45,289 nucleotides of DNA, taken from assembly GCA_050050475.1 (NCBI GenBank), contig JASFUC010000001.1:1-45289 (forward strand), read 5' to 3'. The stretch's first letter is position 1. Every line of letters starts with the position of its first letter. Both the position numbers and the translations under genes were made by a program. The notes beneath the pieces were generated by a model. The model did no database searches. It saw only the letters and a program-made list of their open reading frames with translations, and had not been told where the DNA came from. Shown here piece by piece: positions 33,961 through 42,639 of this stretch. This stretch comes from Nitrosopumilaceae archaeon. Its GTDB lineage: Archaea > Thermoproteota > Nitrososphaeria > Nitrososphaerales > Nitrosopumilaceae.

Positions 33961-34080
33961 ATGAGCCAAAACTATGAGGAACGTCTAGAAGAAATGTATG
34001 GAAATTTTTCTGAATTGTATGATGAAAAATCCAATAGACAACGGGAATATCTCAAAAAGATTAAAAAAACAGGAAAGTAA
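33961..34080 (+). CDS. 39-aa micro-protein
   Basis: MSQNYEERLEEMYGNFSELYDEKSNRQREYLKKIKKTGK. The next ATG follows 2 nt after its stop. Confidence 0.3.
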   Translation: MSQNYEERLEEMYGNFSELYDEKSNRQREYLKKIKKTGK

Positions 34081-34082
34081 AA

Positions 34083-34226
34083 ATGGCAAATTCCTTTGAA
34101 AATGAAGTGTGGAAAGAGGAAAATTTCGTGTGTAGATATTGTGGTGTCAACCTAAACCACGATGTTCCTTATTGCTCTGAGGAATGCAGAGAACATGACT
34201 CTCCATGGAATTGGGGTGGGGATTAA
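34083..34226 (+). CDS. 47-aa zinc-ribbon micro-protein (DUF2116-like CxxC...CSxxC)
   Basis: MANSFENEVWKEENFVCRYCGVNLNHDVPYCSEECREHDSPWNWGGD. Confidence 0.45.
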   Translation: MANSFENEVWKEENFVCRYCGVNLNHDVPYCSEECREHDSPWNWGGD

Positions 34227-34252
34227 CTCAGGAAAATAATAGTTGGTGTATT

Positions 34253-34390
34253 ATGAAAAAAATCAAAAACAAACCAAAGAAATTAGATTTAGCAATAAAA
34301 ATGCATAATTGTAAAATCCATAACACTCCATTTGTTCAAGACAAATGTCCTTATTGCCAGCATATCTTAATGAACGACGATTGGGAATAA
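34253..34390 (+). CDS. 45-aa zinc-binding micro-protein
   Basis: MKKIKNKPKKLDLAIKMHNCKIHNTPFVQDKCPYCQHILMNDDWE. The track ORF starts at 34205. Confidence 0.4.
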   Translation: MKKIKNKPKKLDLAIKMHNCKIHNTPFVQDKCPYCQHILMNDDWE

Positions 34391-34524
34391 TTCTCCCCTC
34401 TAATTGTTTTGATCAATAATTTTCAGAGGACTGATTTGTGGTAAATCTGATATTTTAAATGATTTTCAATTCTGATTTTAGTTGTAAATGTTTATCAATA
34501 TTCAAATTCAATTGAATTTGTTAT

Positions 34525-35208
34525 TTGGCTTCCTTTGATCTCGATTTGATTATACGAATTTTTGTTTCACCAAATTCTGCATTTTTGCAGATAAGGGACA
34601 ATGAAGAGAAGTATTTTGCACAGGCAATTGCATTGCTAATTATTTCATCAGCTATTGGGGGATTGGCTGTGCTGCCCTTTGTAATGATGCCTTTAGATGA
34701 TGCATATTTTGAATTTGAAGGATCAGAAGATATTGAGAATACATTTCCATTGAATGATTCTGCTATAGGGTTATCTGTTGCCTCTGGTATTTTGTCTGGA
34801 TTTGTTTCGGCAATATTGTATTATTTTATTGGAAAAAGCCTTGACGGGAATACAAACTGGAAGAAGGTTTTTGCCGTTTATTTTCACGTATATGCAATAG
34901 TTATTCCAATTACTATAATCATGGCCATATTGATTTTTCTTATGTGGGACTCTTTTACATCAATAGAACCTTCAATCCTTTTAGATTCTAACATTAATGA
35001 AGAGGATGTTTTTTCATTGCTGGGTTCTTTTATTGGGTATGTGATCTTGCTTGCAATTTTAGGAATTGGTTTTGCTATATGGGTATTAATCCTTACAATT
35101 AAGGCAATTAAGACAGTTCATGGATTTGGTACTGGGAAGTCCTTTGGATTAATTATCTTGGTGGCAATTATTACATCACTTGTTGGCATTCCGTTTAGTT
35201 TTGTTTAG
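34525..35208 (+). CDS. Yip1-domain (DUF1282-like) polytopic membrane protein
   Basis: TTG start. IFVSPNSAFLQIRDNEEKYFAQAIALLIISS is followed by five hydrophobic helices. Confidence 0.6.
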   Translation: MASFDLDLIIRIFVSPNSAFLQIRDNEEKYFAQAIALLIISSAIGGLAVLPFVMMPLDDAYFEFEGSEDIENTFPLNDSAIGLSVASGILSGFVSAILYYFIGKSLDGNTNWKKVFAVYFHVYAIVIPITIIMAILIFLMWDSFTSIEPSILLDSNINEEDVFSLLGSFIGYVILLAILGIGFAIWVLILTIKAIKTVHGFGTGKSFGLIILVAIITSLVGIPFSFV

Positions 35209-35306
35209 TATCTTCAAATGAATTTAAATTTTTAAATCTAGCAATGGCACTAGTCTCAAAATTCAGTAATATTCAAAAGCAATAAGAATTCCATTATTAC
35301 ATCACG

Positions 35307-36338
35307 ATGAGAAAATTAACAGTTATTGCATTTTTACTTGGTATTGTTGTTTTTGTCCTTCCAAATGCATATGCCGAAGAGATAAAGACATTTTTCATAA
35401 ATTCTCAGATGGTTGACTGTGTTGGAGTAGGCCCTATGAAATGCATGCAGGTAAGAGAGGATCTAAATTCTGAATGGAGAGACTTTTATGATAAAATTCA
35501 AGGATTTGACTTTAATCCTGGAAATGAATACACGATTAAGGTGAAAGTTACCGATATTGAAAATCCACCAGCTGATGCATCCAGTAAAAAGTATGAACTA
35601 GTTGAAATTCTATATCAGGAATCTGTAACAAAACATCTTCCATTCAACAACCTCTGTGCCCCAGGTTTTGTAGCGCTGGGTGAAATCTGTGTTCTAAATG
35701 ACAGATGTGGTCCTGGAGCTTACGCAGGAAAAGTCTGCATCATGGATGGGGTAAAGCAGCCATACCTTAGACCCGCTAAGCAGGGAAATTCAGGAATTCC
35801 CGCAGATAACACAATTTGTGCAGAAGGAATGAGATTGATTTTCAAAAGCCATGATGGTTCACCTGCTTGTGTAAAACCACAATCGGTAAATCCCCTTAAA
35901 GATAGAGGTTGGCAGACATTTATGCCAGTTATGGCATGCACTCTTGAATACAACCCAATGTGCGGTACTGACGGTAAAACATATGGTAACCTATGCATGT
36001 TAGATTCTGCCCATATTGGATTGAAACACGAAGGTGAGTGTCAGATTGACCTTAATGAAGTTAATCTAGATGTAACGCAAAAAGATCTTCGTAATATGGT
36101 TAATCACTGGATGAACAACATGCAAGAAAATGACCGACAACAACGATTACAAATCATGATGTCCTATTACGCGTTTGAAGAATCTGGAAAGAAACTAACA
36201 ACTGACCAAGATGGATTGCAATTAATGAATCAAATTAGAAAGATGGTAAGTATTGATCTTCCAAAAGAGGAACTTGATGATTTACGAGAGAGTATTCGTG
36301 AAAAATTAAAAGAAGAAGGCTTGGATGTCAAGGAATAG
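35307..36338 (+). CDS. Secreted DUF4377-like / PACVKP module / Kazal-type inhibitor domain protein
   Basis: Signal peptide. MVDCVGVGPMKCMQVRED...W..FYDKIQGFDFNPGNEYTIKV...NPPADASSKKYELVEI. The Kazal domain CTLEYNPMCGTDGKTYGNLCMLDSAHIGLKHEGEC lies at 35937-36041. Confidence 0.8.
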   Translation: MRKLTVIAFLLGIVVFVLPNAYAEEIKTFFINSQMVDCVGVGPMKCMQVREDLNSEWRDFYDKIQGFDFNPGNEYTIKVKVTDIENPPADASSKKYELVEILYQESVTKHLPFNNLCAPGFVALGEICVLNDRCGPGAYAGKVCIMDGVKQPYLRPAKQGNSGIPADNTICAEGMRLIFKSHDGSPACVKPQSVNPLKDRGWQTFMPVMACTLEYNPMCGTDGKTYGNLCMLDSAHIGLKHEGECQIDLNEVNLDVTQKDLRNMVNHWMNNMQENDRQQRLQIMMSYYAFEESGKKLTTDQDGLQLMNQIRKMVSIDLPKEELDDLRESIREKLKEEGLDVKE

Positions 36339-36341
36339 ATT

Positions 36342-37175
36342 CTATAAAGGAATTGGCTTTGATTTTGACCAGAGCAGATTAAACAATAATTTGTTGGAAT
36401 AAACCATTGCCTCAGAGTTTGTCCACATCGCTGTGGTTTCATTGCGTGATTTGGATGGTTTTGTAAAAATTATAATTTCTTCACTATCTTTTACTACAAA
36501 ACAATAAGGGCTGTTTGTTGTACTTGGAACCCTTTTGACCTTGCTTCTATCTATATCATCAAAAACATAAAGAGTTCGTTCTGAAGAATTTGTTAACACT
36601 TTTAATTTGATTTCAGATTTGTCAAGTGGCTCTAAAAAATTTGCATGATAGAATTTTAACAAATCTTGTTCATTTCCAGCTATTAGGAATTCTTTTTTGC
36701 AGTTGATTATCATATCGTTTATTTTGCCTAAAATTTGGTTTTGACCCTTTAAAATTTGGAATTTATCATCCTTTTGTACCTCTGGTTCGTTGTGGAAGGT
36801 AGGAATAGATTCCCAAATTTTGAAAATTTCATCTTTTTGGGTTTCAAGGTTTCTGATTCGATCTTTTTCCATATCTATTAATGATTTTATTGCTTTTTCC
36901 AGAGGTAAGGAGGAAAACATGATGGGATGTTGAAAGGTTGCTTCTACTACTCCTCTGTTTTGAAGAGTTGTCAAAAGGCGGTACGTTTCAGTTCTGGGTA
37001 ATCTTAATGCACGGCATACATCAGGAGCAGTCTTCGATCCATACTTTCCCAAGTAAATGTATATTTTTGATTGATTTGGAGTGACTCCAAATTTTGAAAA
37101 CTTTTCCAGCAAATCATCAATGGCTTTTTTGTGTACATAAGAAATCGAATCTGGATTGTTATCAAATATTATCAT
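36342..37175 (-). CDS. TrmB-family transcription regulator
   Basis: N-terminal wHTH (SKIYIYLGKYGSKTAPDVCRALRLPRTETYRLLTTLQNRGVVE) plus a C-terminal effector-type domain. Confidence 0.8.
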   Translation of the reverse strand: MIIFDNNPDSISYVHKKAIDDLLEKFSKFGVTPNQSKIYIYLGKYGSKTAPDVCRALRLPRTETYRLLTTLQNRGVVEATFQHPIMFSSLPLEKAIKSLIDMEKDRIRNLETQKDEIFKIWESIPTFHNEPEVQKDDKFQILKGQNQILGKINDMIINCKKEFLIAGNEQDLLKFYHANFLEPLDKSEIKLKVLTNSSERTLYVFDDIDRSKVKRVPSTTNSPYCFVVKDSEEIIIFTKPSKSRNETTAMWTNSEAMVYSNKLLFNLLWSKSKPIPL

Positions 37176-37415
37176 TTATGATTATCAATGAAACTTGAGC
37201 TTTTAGAACATGTGTTTGTAATATGAGATACTGGACGTGTAAAAAAATAATCTTAGTGTGTTAAAAAATAAAAGTACTTGAAATTTTTAGGTATTACTTT
37301 TTTGTTGACATCCCATTTAACTTTGTTCGTTATTTTCAAACAGTTTTAAATTTCAAACTTTGATAATCCGTGTTTGATGTCTAAGGTTCATTAGTCTCTA
37401 ATTTCAAGCAAGCAT

Positions 37416-38561
37416 ATGTCAAAGAAGGCTATTTCATTTCATAAAAAACTCAAAGGAAAAATTTTCATTGAAAGTAAAATTCACAAAATAACTGAAGAGA
37501 ATTTACAGCTAATCTACACTCCAGGCGTAGCTGCAGCATGCAAAGAGATTTTCAATCATCCAAATCTGAAATATGAATTAACAGGTAAAGGAAACAACGT
37601 TGCAATCGTTACTGATGGCACCAGGATTTTAGGCTTGGGAAACATAGGACCAGATGCAGCTTTGCCTGTGATGGAGGGGAAATCTGTTTTGTACAGAAAA
37701 TATGGAAAAATTAACGCCTTTCCAATATGTCTTAACACCACTGACAAGAAAAAAATTATTGACACAATTATGGCAATTGAGCCTGTCTTTGGCGCCATAA
37801 ATCTTGAGGATATAGAATCGCCAAAAGTTTTAGACATATCATATGATCTGGTAAAAAAATTATCCATACCAGTTTTTCATGACGACAGGCATGGCACAGC
37901 TGTAGTTGTCCTGGCGGCTCTTTTAAATTCCCTAAAACTTGTGACAAAAAAAATATCGGAAATCAAAGTGGTAATCGCCGGAGCAGGTTCTGCTGGGTAT
38001 TCCATTACAAAATTATTGAATTATGCTGGTTGTAAAAATATTGTAGTAGTAGATTCCAAGGGAGCAATATACAAGAAAAGAAAAATCAATATGGACAAAT
38101 ACAAAATGCAGTTGGCTGGATTTACGAACCAAAGTGAAAAGGGACAGCTTTCTGAGGTGATAAAACAAGCCGACGTCTTTATCGGTGTTTCTGGAGTTCC
38201 AAATCTATTAAAGCCAAAAATGATTCGAGACATGAATGAGAATCCAATAATATTTGCCATTACAAACCCCGAACCGGAAATTGACCCCCGTGTTGCTAAA
38301 AAATCTGGTGCAAAAATAATCGCAACTGGAAGTTTCAAGTATGAAAACAAAGTAAACAATGCCTTGGTTTTTCCATTTTTGATGAGGGCAATCCTGGATT
38401 TGAAAATACAAAAAATAACCCGAAAAATTCTTTATACCACAGCAGTGGCAATCGCAAAGACGGTTCCAAAAAAGAAGTTATCTGTAACACACATCATCCC
38501 TTCAATTGATGACAAGAATTTACAACAAAATATTACAAAGGCCCTAAAGCTAAAAACATAA
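37416..38561 (+). CDS. NAD(P)-dependent malic enzyme (short prokaryotic type)
   Basis: YTPGVAAACKEI, LGLGNIGP, FHDDRHGTAVVVLAAL, GAGSAG Rossmann motif. Confidence 0.9.
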   Translation: MSKKAISFHKKLKGKIFIESKIHKITEENLQLIYTPGVAAACKEIFNHPNLKYELTGKGNNVAIVTDGTRILGLGNIGPDAALPVMEGKSVLYRKYGKINAFPICLNTTDKKKIIDTIMAIEPVFGAINLEDIESPKVLDISYDLVKKLSIPVFHDDRHGTAVVVLAALLNSLKLVTKKISEIKVVIAGAGSAGYSITKLLNYAGCKNIVVVDSKGAIYKKRKINMDKYKMQLAGFTNQSEKGQLSEVIKQADVFIGVSGVPNLLKPKMIRDMNENPIIFAITNPEPEIDPRVAKKSGAKIIATGSFKYENKVNNALVFPFLMRAILDLKIQKITRKILYTTAVAIAKTVPKKKLSVTHIIPSIDDKNLQQNITKALKLKT

Positions 38562-38598
38562 GGCTCATTTAGCATCTGGGATTTTTTAAACTGTATTT

Positions 38599-40032
38599 CT
38601 ACAAATCTGTAAATAACTGATCCTTAAGGGAAGGTGCATCATCAAAGGTGATTTCATGCAAATTCTTTGATTTAGTCTCTCCAATCAGAGTCAGATCGGT
38701 TCCAAAAAACAAATTGATTGCCCAACCGATTCCAATTTTTACCTTGGACTCGAAAGTTGGAAGGTGTGACAAATAGTAAGTTCTCCAAATTATCCACGCT
38801 AATACCCCTGTTATGCTGTGTCCCATCAGCGATGCAACTCCTGCCCTGTTTCCAATAGTGGCCATCATTCCCTTACTATGGTATGAGAATTCGTTCAAAT
38901 CTGTATCTTCTGCAAGTGATTTTTTGATATTTTGCAAAACAATTTTGCTTTGACGTAAAGCATGCTGAGCAGTTGGAGGGTAAAATTTTCCCGTATCTTC
39001 ATCTAAGGCAGCAGCACAGTCACCTAATGCATAAACTTCGGGATGTCCCTTCAATCTAAGATATTTGTCAACCAAAACTCTCCCTCCTTTGTCATGTTCA
39101 CAATTCAACGAGGAAATCATAGGACTGGTAGTTACTCCTCCTGTCCAAATCAGGGTAGTGCAAGGAATTATTTCCCCATCAGATAATTCCACGTGACTTT
39201 CTCCTGCATCAATGGCTCTTACATTGGTAATAATTCGGACACCCATTTTTTCCAAATATGATCTTGCAGATTCACCTAATTTTTTGTTAAGTTCAGGCAA
39301 AATTTTATTTTTTGAGGAAATCAAAATCATGTTGATATTTTTTTCAATAATTGTAGGGTAAGCTTGTTTTACTGATTTTCTTACAAAATGATTTATCTCC
39401 CCAATTATTTCTACTCCGGCAAAACCTGCACCAACAACAGTAAATGTGAGAAATTTCTTTTGAAGTTCCACACTACCTGTCTGTGCCCCAATCTCCATCA
39501 TTAAAAGAATTTGGTTACGTAACTCGATTGCATCTTCAACAGTTTTGATTGTAAATGAATTCTCTTCTATTGACTTGTTGCCAAAAAAATTGTTAATGCT
39601 TCCTACCGCCAAAACTAGGTAATCATATTCTAAGGCGTGATTTTTCCCATCAAATTTTCTTGTGATTGTAACTAATTTTTGATCCAAGTCAATGGAAAAT
39701 ACATCTGCTTGAAAAAATTTGGCATTATCACAAAACTCCCTTAGAGGCATTGTAAGGTCTCTGGGGTTTAGCATACCTGAGGCTACTTCTGGCAACATGG
39801 GGGTAAATAAAAAATAATTTTTCTCACTTACTATAGTTATACTGATATTTTTAACATCTAGTTTTTTTTGAAGTTCTTTTAATACATGCATTCCCCCAAA
39901 ACCTCCACCTAAAATCAAAATTTTCCTTCTTGATACGGTATCTGTTTTATGAACAAAAATTTCATGGCCATCCAATTTTTTCTTGGAATCAAAGATGGCA
40001 TCACATTGTAGACAAACAAAATTTTGAGACAT
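38599..40032 (-). CDS. Type II NADH dehydrogenase-like FAD/NAD(P) oxidoreductase with N-terminal C2H2 zinc finger
   Basis: FVCLQCDAIFDSKKKLDGHEIFVHK, then ILILGGGFGG and VVGAGFAGVE dinucleotide motifs. Confidence 0.85.
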   Translation of the reverse strand: MSQNFVCLQCDAIFDSKKKLDGHEIFVHKTDTVSRRKILILGGGFGGMHVLKELQKKLDVKNISITIVSEKNYFLFTPMLPEVASGMLNPRDLTMPLREFCDNAKFFQADVFSIDLDQKLVTITRKFDGKNHALEYDYLVLAVGSINNFFGNKSIEENSFTIKTVEDAIELRNQILLMMEIGAQTGSVELQKKFLTFTVVGAGFAGVEIIGEINHFVRKSVKQAYPTIIEKNINMILISSKNKILPELNKKLGESARSYLEKMGVRIITNVRAIDAGESHVELSDGEIIPCTTLIWTGGVTTSPMISSLNCEHDKGGRVLVDKYLRLKGHPEVYALGDCAAALDEDTGKFYPPTAQHALRQSKIVLQNIKKSLAEDTDLNEFSYHSKGMMATIGNRAGVASLMGHSITGVLAWIIWRTYYLSHLPTFESKVKIGIGWAINLFFGTDLTLIGETKSKNLHEITFDDAPSLKDQLFTDL

Positions 40033-40277
40033 GTATAAAAATCAAGGAAAATTGTTAAAAAATCTATTTCCATTTTAAATTAAGTCAACTAGACAAAGTA
40101 ATTGAACAAAAAATATCAAAAAATGCAAAATCACTCAGATTCATTTACTATTTTGAGCGTCAACTCTTGATGAATTTAGGAATAAAATCCGATTTTAAGT
40201 CTATTTTGAATCAAGTTATTCTTTAGAAATCTTTCATCACAAGGTTTTTGATTTCATAAATCTGGAATAAAATAACT

Positions 40278-41015
40278 TTGATCAAAATTGAAAGGGAAAA
40301 TGACGTTACATTCCTAACCTCCTCTGTAACTGAATTTGCAGATGGACTAGGTTATTGTGAATACAAAATCCCATTGTCGATAAAGGGAATCAAACCCAGA
40401 CCTTCCCAGTCTCTAATATTGGGAACAAAGGCACATCATGCAGAAGAAAAGTATGAACAAGAACATCTTGAGTTAGAACCAGTAACTACGGAGGATATTG
40501 AAGATGAAAAAACAGACATTGAATTTGCAAGGGAAAATGTATACTCTACACTAAGTATGCCTTTTGAATTTCCGACCGAAAACGTACTTGTAACTCTATC
40601 AGGACGAATTGATAAAATTATGAGAGTCGATGGAACTCTTGTAGTCCAAGATGATAAATTTGTAGGAAAGCCGCAAACGTATCAGCAAAAAACACAGCCA
40701 TATCCTAGTCAACTGTTACAGGTTTTAGCGTATCTTAATTCTGTTTATTCTGGAAAGAGGAGAAACAATCCAGAGGATTGGTTTGATTTGCCACATACGA
40801 AAAAGAAATGGGAGTTGCGAATTTGTGATAGAAAGACCAGAGAGCCATACAAGATATTCTCAGAATATCAAGATGCTTTTTCACTCCATTATTTGCATTC
40901 ATCATTGGAGAAATTTACAACCATTGCGTTGGATATTTCAGAACCTGAACACCACAACAATAAATCAAAATGCCAAGCTTGCAATTTTAAGAGCTTTTGC
41001 GAGTTTAAGATTTAG
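40278..41015 (+). CDS. Cas4-like PD-(D/E)xK nuclease with Fe-S cluster cysteines (DUF83 family)
   Basis: TTG start. Has an N-terminal Cys (GYCEYK), GTKAHH, GRIDKI, VQDDK, QVLAY and a C-terminal CQACNFKSFC. Confidence 0.65.
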   Translation: MIKIERENDVTFLTSSVTEFADGLGYCEYKIPLSIKGIKPRPSQSLILGTKAHHAEEKYEQEHLELEPVTTEDIEDEKTDIEFARENVYSTLSMPFEFPTENVLVTLSGRIDKIMRVDGTLVVQDDKFVGKPQTYQQKTQPYPSQLLQVLAYLNSVYSGKRRNNPEDWFDLPHTKKKWELRICDRKTREPYKIFSEYQDAFSLHYLHSSLEKFTTIALDISEPEHHNNKSKCQACNFKSFCEFKI

Positions 41016-41090
41016 ACTGGGCTGGACAAAATTAGTGCGTTTTTTTGAACAAACATTAGTTATAATCACTTTGTTTTCAAGTTGTAATTT

Positions 41091-41870
41091 ATGAAGGTGC
41101 TTCATATTGATGATTCACCCGAAATATGCAAATTGTATGCGGATTTTTATCGAAATAAAAATCACACAATAAAAAGCGTCAATGATGGAAGAAAGGGGTT
41201 AGATCTAGTTCTACAAAACGATTATGATTTGATCATTTTAGATATGTGCATGCCAAAATATAGTGGAATGGATTTTCTGCAAGACCTAAAGAGGAGAAAA
41301 CCTTCAGAATTAAAAAAAATAATTGTCACAAGTGTTCTTCAATTTAATGAAGATCAGATAAAAGGATTAATTAAATTCGGAATAAACTCCGTCCAGGAAA
41401 AACCTGCCCACGTAAAGCAATTAGAGTCTTTAATGAAAGAAATGTCTAGAACAAGAGCAAACTCCTCTAGCTATTTGAAAAAAATGCTCATCATTGATGA
41501 CAACCCAGACACCACAAAAATGCTGGAATCTTTTTTTAATTCCAAGGGATTTAAAACTCTTGCAATAAATGATCCGTGGGAAGGGTTGAAGAAAATCCAA
41601 AACGATACCTTTGATGTCATTTTACTAGACTTGGTGATGCCGGGATTTTCGGGTTTGCAGATAATTGCAACACTGGCAACTGATGAGATTTTACAGGACC
41701 AAAATATCTTCATTTATTCTGCAAACTTTAGCAATGAACTTCAGATCAAGGAGTTGCTGAGAAGAGATGGCATCAATGGGTGTCTAAAAAAACCCATGAA
41801 CCTTTATGATATGCTAAAGATAATCACAGGAAAAGAAAATTTAGAAAAATTATATCACACAAGCACATAA
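41091..41870 (+). CDS. Tandem receiver (REC-REC) response regulator without output domain
   Basis: VLHIDDSPE...LIILDMCMPKYSG and MLIIDDNPD...VILLDLVMPGFSG. Confidence 0.85.
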   Translation: MKVLHIDDSPEICKLYADFYRNKNHTIKSVNDGRKGLDLVLQNDYDLIILDMCMPKYSGMDFLQDLKRRKPSELKKIIVTSVLQFNEDQIKGLIKFGINSVQEKPAHVKQLESLMKEMSRTRANSSSYLKKMLIIDDNPDTTKMLESFFNSKGFKTLAINDPWEGLKKIQNDTFDVILLDLVMPGFSGLQIIATLATDEILQDQNIFIYSANFSNELQIKELLRRDGINGCLKKPMNLYDMLKIITGKENLEKLYHTST

Positions 41871-41910
41871 TCTGATTTTCCCAGGTTTGGGAAGAATATT
41901 AGAAGATGCA

Positions 41911-42048
41911 ATGGTGCCAAAAATGACTCCTATGGCAACAGACGAATACTTAGGGATTGTCTATGGTCTGGTAAACGATAAACAATTGCATGACTCTAAT
42001 TCTGTAATGCACCATTGCATGAGATATCTAATACATTACCACATTTAA
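41911..42048 (+). CDS. 45-aa hypothetical micro-ORF
   Basis: MVPKMTPMATDEYLGIVYGLVNDKQLHDSNSVMHHCMRYLIHYHI. There is no supporting paralog. Confidence 0.2.
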   Translation: MVPKMTPMATDEYLGIVYGLVNDKQLHDSNSVMHHCMRYLIHYHI

Positions 42049-42126
42049 CCAACGCTGATAATTTGTTCATACAAATCATCAGTGGAATTAGAGTAAAAAC
42101 TTCCTTGATTTTGAGCCTAAAATGAT

Positions 42127-42336
42127 CTAAAACCGGACTAGGCTTTTCAAAATCTTTTCAATCACGGCAATTTCTTCTGTCTTTTCTTTTATCGTGGTTT
42201 CATTCCATTTTTGCATGAATTCAGACTGCTCGTCAAGTTTTTTCAGATTAAGGACTTGCTGTTCTAGATAGCTCTTGTAGTCTTGTAACATGTCAAGTGC
42301 TTTGTTGTGCTTTTTTTGAAAGTCCTTGTCCACCAA
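42127..42336 (-). CDS. Small coiled-coil hypothetical protein
   Basis: 69-aa helical ORF starting at GTG or an internal ATG. Confidence 0.4.
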   Translation of the reverse strand: MVDKDFQKKHNKALDMLQDYKSYLEQQVLNLKKLDEQSEFMQKWNETTIKEKTEEIAVIEKILKSLVRF

Positions 42337-42377
42337 AATTTTGTAATTGGTTTCAGAGTTTAACCTTTTTTCTACAA

Positions 42378-42566
42378 CTAAACTTTGGGCTTTCCTGGGT
42401 GTTGACCTTTCTCACAAGAGCTGCAAACCTCTGCAATTATTGACTCCATTTTGCCTGCATCATGCTCATATTCAGCTTCGACTAGGGCATTTTCTTCTTC
42501 GTATCTGTGTCCAAACTCTTTGATCTCATTTGGACAATCACACAAGTGGCATGTGCATTTTTTCAT
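42378..42566 (-). CDS. 62-aa Cys/His-rich small protein
   Basis: MKKCTCHLCDCPNEIKEFGHRYEEENALVEAEYEHDAGKMESIIAEVCSSCEKGQHPGKPKV. The track ORF extends to 42656; ATG 42566 is preferred. Confidence 0.5.
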   Translation of the reverse strand: MKKCTCHLCDCPNEIKEFGHRYEEENALVEAEYEHDAGKMESIIAEVCSSCEKGQHPGKPKV

Positions 42567-42639
42567 AATGTCTGCAACTCTTCTGAAGCTAAAGAGTTTT
42601 TGGAATCTCAGCTTAGGATTTAAATTGTCTGGGCAGAGA

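Noticed and set aside
40783-41094. 103-aa ORF overlapping the 3' end of the Cas4-like gene in another frame
   Set aside because: The Cas4-like frame carries the conserved C-terminal CxxCx5C cluster there. The alternative frame has no features.
42451-42639. Long N-terminal extension of the rtcB ORF in the track
   Set aside because: The extension is low-complexity-looking and overlaps the divergent Cys-rich gene. The RtcB homology begins right after ATG 42640/42655 (ITPKKIGENQYEIE...MKVPVRIYA).
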